Of a stretch of DNA of 64,000 bases, positions 28,259 to 37,824 are shown piece by piece. The stretch spans positions 2,747 to 66,746 of the forward strand of contig VAWP01000098.1 of NCBI GenBank assembly GCA_005888295.1. The letters are read 5' to 3'. Under the pieces are notes generated by a model that ran no database searches, had not been told where the DNA came from, and worked only from the letters and a program-made list of their open reading frames with translations. The number at the start of each line of letters is the position of its first letter. Position 1 is the first letter of the stretch. The DNA comes from Actinomycetota bacterium. Its GTDB lineage: Bacteria; Actinomycetota; Acidimicrobiia; Acidimicrobiales; AC-9. A program made the position numbers and the translations under genes.

Positions 28259-29102
28259 GGGCGGCCGACGGCCGTAGACGTACGTCGATCTCCAGGAGCA
28301 ACCGCTCGGCCAGCTCGGGTGTGAGCAGATCCGTGCCGTGGCCGGCGCCGGGGTACCACCACAGATCCTTGGGCTGACGGGCCCAGTGGTAGAGCCGCTC
28401 GGCGTGCTCAGGACCGAAGTACCCGTCGTCGGGATCGTGGACGACGACGGTGAACGCCGGCGAGATCGAGCCGACGACCTCGCTCGAGTCTGGAACACCC
28501 TCGCAGCTCGAGACGACCCGGGTGCGCAGCAACACCCCGAGCACCGTGCGGCCGACCGGCGAGCCGATGAAGCGACGAACCCGGTCAGAGCCTTCGCGCT
28601 CGAACGACCCCCACCAGGCCGGGGCGCTGATCGCCACCGTGCCGGCCACCCCCGCGAACCTGCCGGCATGGAGCAGCACCGAGGCGCCACCGAGGCTCGT
28701 CCCCACGGTCACCACGGGCAGCCCCGGCGCGGCGGCGGCGACGGCGGCGGCGACGTCCTCCGGCTCCTCTACGCCCATCGAGCAGCGACCGCCCGACCCG
28801 CCGTGCCCCCGGAGATCGGGGACGATGACGTGCACACCGCGAGCCAGGCGCCGGGCGAAGTCGTGGATCGCAGGGGTGCGCGACGAGTTGACGAAGCCGT
28901 GCACCAGGACCACTGTCGCCGGCGCCGAGGGAGGTCCCTCCAGGCGGGCCGCCGATAGGCGCGTGCCGTCGCTGCTCGCCAGGCGCAGCTGCTCGTTGGG
29001 CCGATAGCGCGGCGCGAACACGTACCGCCGCAGGTAGTTGGCCACTGTCGGGCCGACGACTCGTAGACGCTCGCCCACGGCGCCAGTCCGCAGGCGCGGC
29101 AC
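28128..29102 (-). CDS. Alpha/beta hydrolase
   Basis: GTG overlapping the dksA-like stop; ...VVLVHGFVNSSRTP...PDLRGHGGSGG...VGTSLGGA...; the last ~45 codons look like noise and overlap the convergent gene. Confidence 0.65.
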   Translation of the reverse strand: MPRLRTGAVGERLRVVGPTVANYLRRYVFAPRYRPNEQLRLASSDGTRLSAARLEGPPSAPATVVLVHGFVNSSRTPAIHDFARRLARGVHVIVPDLRGHGGSGGRCSMGVEEPEDVAAAVAAAAPGLPVVTVGTSLGGASVLLHAGRFAGVAGTVAISAPAWWGSFEREGSDRVRRFIGSPVGRTVLGVLLRTRVVSSCEGVPDSSEVVGSISPAFTVVVHDPDDGYFGPEHAERLYHWARQPKDLWWYPGAGHGTDLLTPELAERLLLEIDVRLRPSAALTTAAVPARGPDQNHGAGGARGWAPRRAARHHLARRGRPSPWP

Positions 29103-29491
29103 TACGACGATCGGGATGGGCCCCGCACGTCGCGCTCGGCCCGGGCCTGGTCGTCGAGGCAGAACCGAGCCTCGGGCTTGGCCTCCAGCCGCGAGTCGCC
29201 GATGACGCGGCCGCAGGCTTCGCACGTCCCGTACGTGCCGTCGTCGAGCCGTCGGAGAGCGAGCTCGACGTCGGCCAGCTCGGCCTCCACCTGCTCCAGG
29301 ATCGAGACGTCGCGCTCCCGGTCGAACGTCTCGGTGCCGATGTCGGCCTGGTGCTGGGCCGACGAGGAGAGCTCGGCGAGGCTGTCCTCCTCCGACTGCG
29401 AGGTCAGGCCGCCTTCGATGAACTCGTCCCGCAGGGCCTGGAGCCGATCGTGCTCGGCACCGAGCTGGCCACGGACGCCCTCGATGTCCAT
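29102..29491 (-). CDS. DksA/TraR-family zinc-finger protein
   Basis: MDIEGVRGQLGAEHDRLQAL...RRLDDGTYGTCEACGRVIGDSRLEAKPEARFCLDDQ. Confidence 0.75.
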   Translation of the reverse strand: MDIEGVRGQLGAEHDRLQALRDEFIEGGLTSQSEEDSLAELSSSAQHQADIGTETFDRERDVSILEQVEAELADVELALRRLDDGTYGTCEACGRVIGDSRLEAKPEARFCLDDQARAERDVRGPSRSS

Positions 29492-29742
29492 CACCCGGAT
29501 GGTAACCCGAGGCGCCGGGGTCCGTGCCGATGGGCCGCCGGGAGCCCGAGCAGCCTGCGCCGGGCCTCGGTAGTCTGGTAGGGAGTCGCACTGGTGGAGG
29601 TGCGCTAGCCCCGGTATTGGGGATCTGGACTTCCGCGTCGCGCAGTGCCCGAGGCGAAGGGCCGCCATGGCAGCAGCAGCCGTCCCAGCAGCGCTGGTAC
29701 CGCCATGCCCCTGCGGCGCTGCGACCGCACCGGAGGTCTCCG

Positions 29743-30411
29743 GTGCGTCGTGAGCGTGGCGCCAGGCCCGTCCGGGTTCTGATCGTCAGCGATCGGGACA
29801 TCGTCCGCACCGGTGTGGCGGTGGTGCTTCGCCCCTACCAGGACCGGGTGACGGTGACCGGGGAGGGCGCCAGCGTGGCCGACGCCCTGGCCGAGGACGG
29901 CAGGGCGACCGCCGACCTGGTGATCTTCGACGCCCGGCTGGGCGGAGGAGACGGCCTCGACGAGGTGGACCGGGTGGCCAAGGCGTGGGGAGATCATCGC
30001 GTCGTGGTCCTGGCCCGGCCGGACGAGGCGCGGTTCGCGCAACCGGTCCTGCAGCGGGGCGCTGCCGGCTTCCTCCTGATCACCATCGGCGGCGAGGAGC
30101 TGGTCGAGCAGATCGAACGGGTGGGCGACGGTGCCATCGTGGTGGATGCCGGCGTGGCGGGCGCCCAGAGACGGCTCGACGACCTCGAGCCGCGTGGGCA
30201 GTGGGCCGGCGCCCAGCTCGATCTCACCGAGCAGCAGAGCAAGGTGCTGGAGCTGGTCGCTCGGGGCGAGCGCACGACGATGGTGGCCTGCCGCCTGGGC
30301 ATGAGCGAGGTGGAGGTCAAGAGCCATCTGCGCTCGGCCTACCGATGCCTGAACGTGCGGGACCGGCCCCAGGCGCTGGCCCGCCTGGCACAAGCGGGTG
30401 TGTTCCGGTGA
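29743..30411 (+). CDS. LuxR/NarL-family response regulator, atypical receiver
   Basis: GGAGG 6 nt upstream of the GTG; VRVLIVSDRD...DLVIFDARLGGGDG...VVVLAR...GAAGFLLITIGGEEL; C-terminal HTH LTEQQSKVLELVARGERTTMVACRLGMSEVEVKSHLRSAYRCL. Confidence 0.75.
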   Translation: MRRERGARPVRVLIVSDRDIVRTGVAVVLRPYQDRVTVTGEGASVADALAEDGRATADLVIFDARLGGGDGLDEVDRVAKAWGDHRVVVLARPDEARFAQPVLQRGAAGFLLITIGGEELVEQIERVGDGAIVVDAGVAGAQRRLDDLEPRGQWAGAQLDLTEQQSKVLELVARGERTTMVACRLGMSEVEVKSHLRSAYRCLNVRDRPQALARLAQAGVFR

Positions 30412-31091
30412 CGGCGACCGAACCGGGAGAGACCGGCGGGCGGCCGGTGCGCGTCGTCCTGGTCAACGACGACGAGATCGTGATGGAGGGCCTGCAGGGC
30501 ATGCTGGCCCGCCACCCTGACCGGGTCGAGCTGGCCGGCGGTGTCCTCCTCACCAAGGACGTGAGCGCCAGGGCCCAGGAGCTCGACGCCGACGTGGTGC
30601 TGCTCGACATCAACATCCGCGGCACCAACGGGCTCGAGGTCGCGGCGGAGATAGTCGCCGACAAGCCGCCCTTCCGGGTGGTGATCTTCACCGACGACGC
30701 CGAGGAGCGCCGGCTCTTCGAGGCGCTGCGCATGGGCATGTCCGGCTACCTGCTCAAGTCGACGACCGGCGTCCAGCTGGCCGATCATCTGGTGCGGGTG
30801 CGCAACGGCGAGGTGGTCGTGGACCCCACCATGGCCACCAAGATCGCCATGCGGGCCGCCCACGTCGGCAGCGGACGGATCTGGCCCGGGAGCCAGGTCG
30901 GACTGTCCCAGCGCGAGAGCGAGGTCCTGAGCCTGCTCGTCGACGGTCTCAGCAATCGCATGATCGCCGCCCAGCTGGTCGTGGGCGAGGAGACGGTGAA
31001 GACCCACCTGCGGTCCATCTACCGCAAGCTCGGGGTGAACGACCGGGCTCAGGCCATCGCCACCGCGCTGCGCCAGGGCCTGTTCACCTGA
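30408..31091 (+). CDS. LuxR/NarL-family response regulator, canonical receiver
   Basis: GTGA overlap with the upstream RR; VRVVLVNDDEIV...DVVLLDINIRGTNGLE...VVIFTDD...GMSGYLLKS; HTH LSQRESEVLSLLVDGLSNRMIAAQLVVGEETVKTHLRSIYRKLGV. Confidence 0.85.
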   Translation: MTATEPGETGGRPVRVVLVNDDEIVMEGLQGMLARHPDRVELAGGVLLTKDVSARAQELDADVVLLDINIRGTNGLEVAAEIVADKPPFRVVIFTDDAEERRLFEALRMGMSGYLLKSTTGVQLADHLVRVRNGEVVVDPTMATKIAMRAAHVGSGRIWPGSQVGLSQRESEVLSLLVDGLSNRMIAAQLVVGEETVKTHLRSIYRKLGVNDRAQAIATALRQGLFT

Positions 31092-31097
31092 ACGGCC

Positions 31098-31153
31098 GGC
31101 GGCGGGGCTGGGGCCCCCGCCGCTCGGAGGAGGGCGGGGATGGGGCCCCGCCC
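31098..31153. terminator. Two GC-rich hairpins between convergent genes (possible bidirectional terminator)
   Basis: GCGGCGGGG(31099-31107)/CCCCGCCGC(31115-31123) and GGGCGGGG(31132-31139)/CCCCGCCC(31146-31153); no U-tract. Confidence 0.35.
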
Positions 31154-31181
31154 GGGGGCGGCGAAGCCGCCAGCAGCACGG

Positions 31182-31544
31182 TCAGGCCAGCTCGAACCAC
31201 ACCGCTTTACCGTGACCCTCGGGGGAAACGCCCCACGAGGCGGCGAGCGCCTCCACGAGCCGCAGCCCCCGACCGCCTCCCAGGTGGTCGGCCCCCTCTC
31301 GGCGGTTGGGCGGCTCGGCGCTCTCGTCGACGACCACGACCCGCAGGCTGGCGTCGTCCAGCTGCACGGTCACCGCCACCTGCGTGCGCGCGTGCACGAT
31401 GGCATTGGTCACCAGCTCGCTGGTCAGCAGGACCGCCGCCTCTGTCTGATCGGGGCGCCCCCACCGGAGCAGCGTCTCGGCCACGAACTCTCTGGCCGCT
31501 CGGGCGCTCGTGGGATGTGGGCTCAGCCGGGTTGTTGCTTCCAT
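31182..31544 (-). CDS. HATPase_c-type anti-sigma-factor-like serine kinase (RsbW/SpoIIAB-like)
   Basis: GGGGGAG upstream of the ATG; 120 aa, ...ARAAREFVAETL...AVLLTSELVTNAIVHA...DESAEPP...GGGRGLRLVEALAASWGV. Confidence 0.65.
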   Translation of the reverse strand: MEATTRLSPHPTSARAAREFVAETLLRWGRPDQTEAAVLLTSELVTNAIVHARTQVAVTVQLDDASLRVVVVDESAEPPNRREGADHLGGGRGLRLVEALAASWGVSPEGHGKAVWFELA

Positions 31545-31641
31545 GGCGCTCCCCCTCTGAGCACTCCACTTCCCTTTATCCCCCAAATGGGTGGAGAACC
31601 TAACCTCACCGTTGCGCCCGGCCCGCGGATCACCTCGGGCG

Positions 31642-32790
31642 TCAGGACGCGTCGGCGCCGAGCAGCCAGGCCACGTTGCCGCCGTACAGGCGATCGGTGG
31701 CCGCCTCCTCGACCGGGCCGCACAGGCCCCGGTAGTCCTCCAGGGGACGGGCGAGGCCCTCGGCGTGGGGGAAGTCGCTGCAGAACATGAAGAGCTCACC
31801 GGCCTGGTGGATGAGCCGGTCGGGTCGCTCGTAGCCGAAGGCGGCGACCCGGACCTGGCGCCGGATGTACTCGCTCGGGCGCAGGTCGAGATCGTGCAGC
31901 GGGCGGCCGTTGAACCGGGCATGGAAGTCGAACCCGCCGTCGAGCATGAGGAGGAACATGGGCACCCAGATGGCCGACAGCTCCATCACACCGACCCTGA
32001 GGCGCGGGTGCCGAGCCAGCACACCGTTGACGGCGAGGTCCGCCAGGGCCAGCGCCGGTGGTGTCCAGATGAACACCGACGACAGCACCGGGGCCACGTC
32101 GTCGGGGTCGCCGGTGTACCACCGCTCGTGGAACGGCTGGGGGAAGTTGGCGACGTGGAAGACCGGAGTGACCCCGTGGTCCTCGAACGCCGACCACGCC
32201 CAGTCGAGGTCGGGATGCGACAACGGCCTGCCGTCCACCAGGGCGGGGGCGATCATCGCCAGCCGCAGGCCGCCCGCCGCCATCTGCCGCAGCTGGTCCT
32301 CCAGGAAGGGCCGGTCGCGCAGGCTGAGGTGGGCGACGGGGTGGAGGCGACCCTGCCCCTCCTGGGCGACGGCCACGGCCCACCGGTTCCACGCCGCCAT
32401 GTTGACCTTCGTCGCCTCGAGGTCCGAGGCCAGGTGGCGTTCCCACAGCAGCCCGAAGTTGGGAAAGACCACGGCTTCGTCGAGCCCCATCTCGTCGAGG
32501 CGGTCGCGCCGGACGGCCGGATCCCAGAAGTGGCGGGGAAGGGCCTCGTCGTACGGCACCTCCGCCGGCAGCCCCTCTCGGACCCGCCTCCGGTAGTGGC
32601 CCATGCTCGTCACGTCGCCCGGGTGGTGGACCTCGGCCAGGTGGATGCGGCGGTCCCCGAGCATCAGCCAGGCGTGGCCGTGATCGTCGTCGGCGATCCG
32701 CAGGGCCAGGTGGCGCCGGTCAGGATCGGCGTGCGCGGCCCAGACGTCGCGCCCTTCGTACAGATGCGTGTCGGCGTCGATGACCGTCAC
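31642..32790 (-). CDS. Amidohydrolase-2 (ACMSD-like) family metal-dependent hydrolase
   Basis: VTVIDADTHLYEG...VVFPNFGLLWE...PVFHVANF...MELSAIWVP...FCSDFPHAEG. Confidence 0.75.
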   Translation of the reverse strand: MTVIDADTHLYEGRDVWAAHADPDRRHLALRIADDDHGHAWLMLGDRRIHLAEVHHPGDVTSMGHYRRRVREGLPAEVPYDEALPRHFWDPAVRRDRLDEMGLDEAVVFPNFGLLWERHLASDLEATKVNMAAWNRWAVAVAQEGQGRLHPVAHLSLRDRPFLEDQLRQMAAGGLRLAMIAPALVDGRPLSHPDLDWAWSAFEDHGVTPVFHVANFPQPFHERWYTGDPDDVAPVLSSVFIWTPPALALADLAVNGVLARHPRLRVGVMELSAIWVPMFLLMLDGGFDFHARFNGRPLHDLDLRPSEYIRRQVRVAAFGYERPDRLIHQAGELFMFCSDFPHAEGLARPLEDYRGLCGPVEEAATDRLYGGNVAWLLGADAS

Positions 32791-32828
32791 CGGAGGTCTC
32801 CCCTTTTGGCTCGAGCCCGGTGGCGAAT

Positions 32829-34415
32829 CTAGCCGGCCCGCGCCGGGCACCACGGGTTCGCCGGCACGCCGGCACACGGGTTCGGCATCGTGGGCTGGCG
32901 GGGGACCGGCGGCAGCACCACGTGGGTGGGACGCGGATAGCTGGCGCCCGGCAGGCTGGGGCACGGCGCCAGCAGCTGGGTGGCGCACAGCACCTCGGCC
33001 GTCAACGGCCCCTCGTCGCCGGCGTTGGGCTGTCCGCAGGGGTTGTACGGGGGGCTCTGGATGTCGGGCGGATCGCTCGTGAGCCCGGCCGGATCGGTGT
33101 TTCCCCTGAAGCAGTTGCCCGGGTCGTGAGGAAGCGCGATGAGCCCGATGTCCCCGTTGGTCGGGTTGCCGTAGAAGCCGTTGTGCCGGAAGGTGTTGTC
33201 GAACACCTGGTTGCCGAAGGCCTGGTAGTAGCAGTCCTGCCCCGGCACCAGGTAGATCCCGCCCTGGCACTGGGCGAAGGGCGGAGGTGTCCCCATGTAG
33301 GGCTGGTCGACGATGAGCGTCCCCCAGGCCCCGTTGTTCACGATCGTGTTGTGGTACTCGGTGACGTTCCTCGTCCCGGCCAGCACCATCGCCGTGCCGA
33401 TGGGGGCGGCCCCGGCCAGGCCGTTGGTGGCGTTGCCGGGCACGTTGGGGTTGTTGTTGTCGTGGATGTAGTTGTCGTGCCAGACCTCGCAGGAGTGGCC
33501 GCCCTCCGGTCCGGCCGCTCCGTTCGGGCAGCTTCCGTCGGCGGGTGACGGGGCGTCGTCGTTGTTCTCGGAGTCGCTGGTGATGCCGGTCTTGTTGTGG
33601 TCGAACTCGGAGTGCTCGATGACCAGGCTTCCTCCCGAGTCCGTGCCGGAGTAGGCCAGCGCGTTGTACTGGGCGCGGGCGTTGCGCACCACCGCGTTGC
33701 AGTTGGTCTGACAGCCCCCGATGTAGTAGCCGGCGTCGCCCATGTTCGAGGCGTAGCTGTGGTCGATGACGCCCGGTCCGCTGGCCTTGGAGGCGAAGAT
33801 GCCGTAGTCGCCGAAGGGAGGGTTCACCCCGTTGGAGTACGTGGACGTGGCGGTGAGGTAGTCACCCCAGTAGCTCCCCATCCCGATGGTGGGATCGCCG
33901 TCGCCGCCGTTCCACCAGATCTCGTTGCCCTGCTCGCCCTTGGGGTTGGTCAGGTAGTTGCAGACGCTGAGGTTCTGGACCCAGACGTCGCTGGCCTTGT
34001 AGACCTCGATCCCGCTCCAGCCCGTCGACGGCGTCGACTGGTACTGGGCTCCGGAGGGGCAGGGACCGGGCGATCCGGGCTTGGTGCCGTCGACGACGAC
34101 GTCGTTGCGATCCATTCCCCGCAGGTAGATGCCCGGTGTCGTGATCAGGACACCGGCGGGATGTGTGGAGTCGGTCGAGCCTGACTCGTGGTAGTCGCCC
34201 GGTCCGACCAGGATCCAGTCGCCCGGACGCGCGGCGTCGACGGCCGCCTGGATCGAGGTGTAGGAGCCCGGGATCCCGTTCCAGGAGCCGACGCGAAGGA
34301 CCCGGGGTGCGGGAGAGGTCGCAGCAGGAGAAGCCGGCGCCGCGGCGATGGCGGTCAGCACGAGCCCCAGGGCAGCCGCCAGGACGACGGCAGACCTCGT
34401 GAACGGTGCTCGCAT
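32829..34415 (-). CDS. Secreted right-handed parallel beta-helix repeat protein
   Basis: Signal peptide MRAPFTRSAVVLAAALGLVLTAIAAAPASPA; ...IQAAVDAARPGDWILVGPGDYHE... and repeated NN..H.N-type turns (SDSENNDDA, HDNYIHDNNNPNVPGN, YHNTIVNNG, VFDNTFRHNG). Confidence 0.65.
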   Translation of the reverse strand: MRAPFTRSAVVLAAALGLVLTAIAAAPASPAATSPAPRVLRVGSWNGIPGSYTSIQAAVDAARPGDWILVGPGDYHESGSTDSTHPAGVLITTPGIYLRGMDRNDVVVDGTKPGSPGPCPSGAQYQSTPSTGWSGIEVYKASDVWVQNLSVCNYLTNPKGEQGNEIWWNGGDGDPTIGMGSYWGDYLTATSTYSNGVNPPFGDYGIFASKASGPGVIDHSYASNMGDAGYYIGGCQTNCNAVVRNARAQYNALAYSGTDSGGSLVIEHSEFDHNKTGITSDSENNDDAPSPADGSCPNGAAGPEGGHSCEVWHDNYIHDNNNPNVPGNATNGLAGAAPIGTAMVLAGTRNVTEYHNTIVNNGAWGTLIVDQPYMGTPPPFAQCQGGIYLVPGQDCYYQAFGNQVFDNTFRHNGFYGNPTNGDIGLIALPHDPGNCFRGNTDPAGLTSDPPDIQSPPYNPCGQPNAGDEGPLTAEVLCATQLLAPCPSLPGASYPRPTHVVLPPVPRQPTMPNPCAGVPANPWCPARAG

Positions 34416-34498
34416 CCCCAGATCCTTCTGTCCCCCGCTCGGCGGACGTGTGCAGCCCTAGTTCTTCGGGGGGCTCGGTGACTCCTGCCGCCCAGGGT

Positions 34499-36744
34499 TC
34501 ACGCGACCACCTCGTGGCGGCCCTTGGGTACCGCCACGACGGCGGTACCGTCCGGCCCGACCGTGGCGGCGACGGTGCCGTCGAGCAGGACAACCGCGCC
34601 CGGGCGCAGGCTGCGGAGGGTGAGGCGGGTGGAGCCATCGGTGGCCACGTGGACGGCCCCGGCCTCACCCGGCAGGAAGCCGGCCCGCGCCACATCGATC
34701 GCCAGTGCCGCCGTGTTGCGCAGCCGCAGCCCGAGCTCGAGGTGGCGGCGAGGTGGCGAGCTGGTCGCCCACGTCTGCTCGGCCACCAGGCCGGGTGTGG
34801 GCTCGCCCTTCAGCTGCAGACCACCGTGGAGGTGGGCGACGATCGTCGGGTCCGGTCGAGCCAGCGAGCGGGCGTCGATCTCGGCCAGCACACCCGGGCC
34901 CGCGTCGCGGCCCTCCAGGTCCTGCACCCACCACACGCCGGCGGGCCCGATGCCGAGGTCGGCGCGGATGAGGGCGGGATACCAGGCGAAGGTGACGTGG
35001 CCGGGATCGGCCTGGCGCAGGTCCGTGCCCATGTGCGCCGCGGCGGACGAGAAGGCGTCCTGCACCACCCAGCCGATGTGGTCCTCCAGCGGGTAGAGCT
35101 CGAAGCGGTACCGATAGCCGAGACGGTCCAGCTCGACCACCTGCTCGAGGACCGACTCCACGGGGACGAACTCGTCGAGGGCGCCGTGGGCCACGTAGAA
35201 CGGGAGCCAACGGGCGTTGCCCAGGAGCCTGAACGTCTCCCCTTCGCGTGCGCAGTGGGAGTCGGGATCGAGCGTGCCGGGGATGTCGACGCCGGGTAGC
35301 AGGCGCACACCGCACGTGGGCGGGCCGGCCAGCACGACGGACTTGGAGAAGGCTTCGGGGTAGCCGAGGGCCAGCTTGTAGGCGCCGTAGCCGCCCATCG
35401 AGTAGCCGCCGACGACGGTGCGGTCCGGGTCGGTCTCGTAGGCGTCGGCGACCCGAGCCCACGTCTCCCAGACGTCGAGCTCGGCCTCGTCGAAGTACCA
35501 CCCCGTGGGCCCCCGGCCGAACGGCATGACACAGATCGAGGCGCGATCGTCGGCGGTCTGTTGGAGGAAGCGGGGATCCAGCGAGCCGAACTGATTGTGC
35601 TGCAGCCCGAGGGAGTGCAGCAGGAGGGTCAGCGGCGCCGGGCGGGCGGGATCGTACGTGCCGGGCACGTACACGGCGCAGGGCTGCACCCGTCCGAGGA
35701 AGAACGGCTCGGTATCGAAGACCGGGTGGGCACCGACGCCTTGGCCCAGGTCGAGGCTCGACACGAACCACCGGTTGGTGAGGCCGGTCGGGAGCGGCTC
35801 CGGGGTGGTCCGTCCCGCAGCCAGGTCGGACCAGTCGACGGTGAGGGCGAAGGCGGACACGTCTCCCTCGGTGAGGGCGGCGGCCTGGGCCTGGTCCATC
35901 CAGAAGTTGAGGTGCGGCGCTTCCTGCTCGTAGGTCCGGAAGAACACGTTGTAGACCGAGGGCTGGCCGGGGAGGGCGTGCTGGTCCTCGTCCACGGAGG
36001 CGAAGCCGTCGCCGGTGTCGGTGGCGAGGCCGGCAGCGAGACGCACCGTCCACGTCCCGGTGGGATCGAGGGCGGCGCGGGGAAGGCGCACGACGAACGA
36101 CCGTGCCGCCAGGTCCACGTGGTGGGCGCCCCCGAGCGAGGCGATGGTCTGCCGGTTGCCGGTCGCCAGCTCGACCAGCCACGCGCCGGTGCCAGAAACG
36201 ACCAGCAGGTGGTCCACGCCGGCGGCCCGGATGCCCGTGCCCGCCCCCCACTCGGTCACGTCGGTGCGACCCGGATCGACGCCGAGGGCCCAGGCGGCGA
36301 TCGGCACCGTCGGTTCGATCAGGGTGTTCCAGTCGACGCGCCACCAGGTGGAGGTCGCATCGAGGCCGACCGCGGCCCGGAAGAGGTCGGCCCCGTTGCC
36401 GGCCGCCGGGCCCTTTCGATACGTATAGGTGCCGCGCGGGATGGTCAGGCTGAGCGGCTCGAGGGTGACGTCGGGGATCCCCGTCGCACCGTGGTCGTCG
36501 TAGAGGAAGTCCGTCCAGTACGTGGCACCGGCGTCGAGCCGACCCGTGCCGCACGTCCGCGGGAACGACTCACCGAACGGCCACCCGACCGGGGGCCGAC
36601 GACCGGACGCTGGGCGGGAGGCGGGGCCGGCTCTGGTGGGCGGACCCGACCGAAGCCGCCCAGCACCTCGCCGACGAGCTCCATCGGCCAGCGCAGGATG
36701 CCGCCCGCCGAGCGGGCCAGCCGGCGCACCGAAGCCTCGTCCAT
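34499..36744 (-). pseudogene. Alpha/beta-hydrolase (esterase/S9-like) with large N-terminal beta-rich domain; probable frameshift at 36588-36600
   Basis: ORF 34499-36307 carries ...LLLHSLG...GGYSMGGYGAYKLAL.... The same frame stays open and protein-like upstream (GWPFGESFPRTCGTGRLDAGATYWTDFLYDDHGATGIPDVTLEPLSLTIPRGTYTYRKGP) but has no start codon. A start (ATG 36744) exists only in another frame, across a C5/G5 run. Confidence 0.55.
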
Positions 36745-36749
36745 GACGA

Positions 36750-37739
36750 CTAGCGGTCGCCCGCCTTTCGGGCCTCCAGCTCGAGGTCGTGGTCGACCAT
36801 CACCTTGATGAGGGTCTGAAAGTCCAGCGTCGGCTCCCATCCCAGCTGGTTCCGGGCCTTGCTGGCGTCGCCGATGAGGACATCCACCTCGGCGGGGCGG
36901 AGGAACCGGCGATCGGTGCGCACGTGCTGCCCCCAGTCGTCGATGCCCACGGCGCCGAAGGCCACGTCGAGCAGCTCGCGGATCGTGTGGGTCTGGCCCG
37001 TGGCGACCACGTAGTCACCGGGCTCGTCCTGCTGGAGCATGCGCCACATGGCCTCGACGTAGTCGCCGGCGTAGCCCCAGTCGCGAGAGGAGTCGAGGTA
37101 CCCGAGCGTCAGGATGTCCTGCAGGCCGAGCTTGATGCGGGCGACGGCGTTGGAGACCTTGCGGCTGACGAACTCGAGCCCCCGCTTGGGCCCGGTGTGG
37201 TTGAACAGGATCCCGCTCGAGGCGTGGAGCCCGTACGACTCCCTGTAGTTGAGCGTCGTGTAGTGCCCGAAGACCTTGGCCGTCCCGTACGGAGATCGCG
37301 GGTGGAAGGGCGTGGTCTCGTTCTGGGGTGTCTGGCGGACCTTGCCGAACATCTCCGACGACGACGCCTGGTAGAAGCGGATGGGATTTCCGTCGGACCC
37401 GCCGACGACCCGGATCGCCTCCAGCAGCCTGAGCACCCCGGCGCCACTGATGTCCGCGGTGAGCTCGGGCTGGCGAAACGACAACGCCACGAAACTGACG
37501 GCGCCGAGGTTGTAGACCTCGTCCGGCTGGACCTGCTCGACCACGGCGATGAGCGACGAGAGATCCTGGAGGTCTCCCTCGATGATCTCCAGCTCGGGGG
37601 TCTCGTCCTGGACCATCTGGATCTTGGGGTTGTTCTGGCCGCGGACCATGCCGTGGACGTCGTAACCCTTCCCGACGAGCAGGCCGGCCAGATGCCGGCC
37701 GTCCTGGCCGGTGATCCCGGTGATCAGGGCGCGGGGCAC
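36750..37739 (-). CDS. gmd: GDP-mannose 4,6-dehydratase
   Basis: [33 protein letters not shown]...YNLGAVSFV...[10 protein letters not shown]...[10 protein letters not shown]...FNHTGPKRG. Confidence 0.9.
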   Translation of the reverse strand: MPRALITGITGQDGRHLAGLLVGKGYDVHGMVRGQNNPKIQMVQDETPELEIIEGDLQDLSSLIAVVEQVQPDEVYNLGAVSFVALSFRQPELTADISGAGVLRLLEAIRVVGGSDGNPIRFYQASSSEMFGKVRQTPQNETTPFHPRSPYGTAKVFGHYTTLNYRESYGLHASSGILFNHTGPKRGLEFVSRKVSNAVARIKLGLQDILTLGYLDSSRDWGYAGDYVEAMWRMLQQDEPGDYVVATGQTHTIRELLDVAFGAVGIDDWGQHVRTDRRFLRPAEVDVLIGDASKARNQLGWEPTLDFQTLIKVMVDHDLELEARKAGDR

Positions 37740-37824
37740 GGCCGAGCATGCTAATGGGGCGGAGCTTCCCCAGCGCCGCCCACCCTTGTCCGCCGGGGGG
37801 GTACCGAACTGCGAGGATAGGAGC

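Noticed and set aside
29492-29742. Possible tRNA or small RNA in the 250-nt region upstream of the DksA-like gene and RR1
   Set aside because: There is no T-loop (GGTTCGA-type) or cloverleaf-compatible stems. It is probably just divergent promoters.
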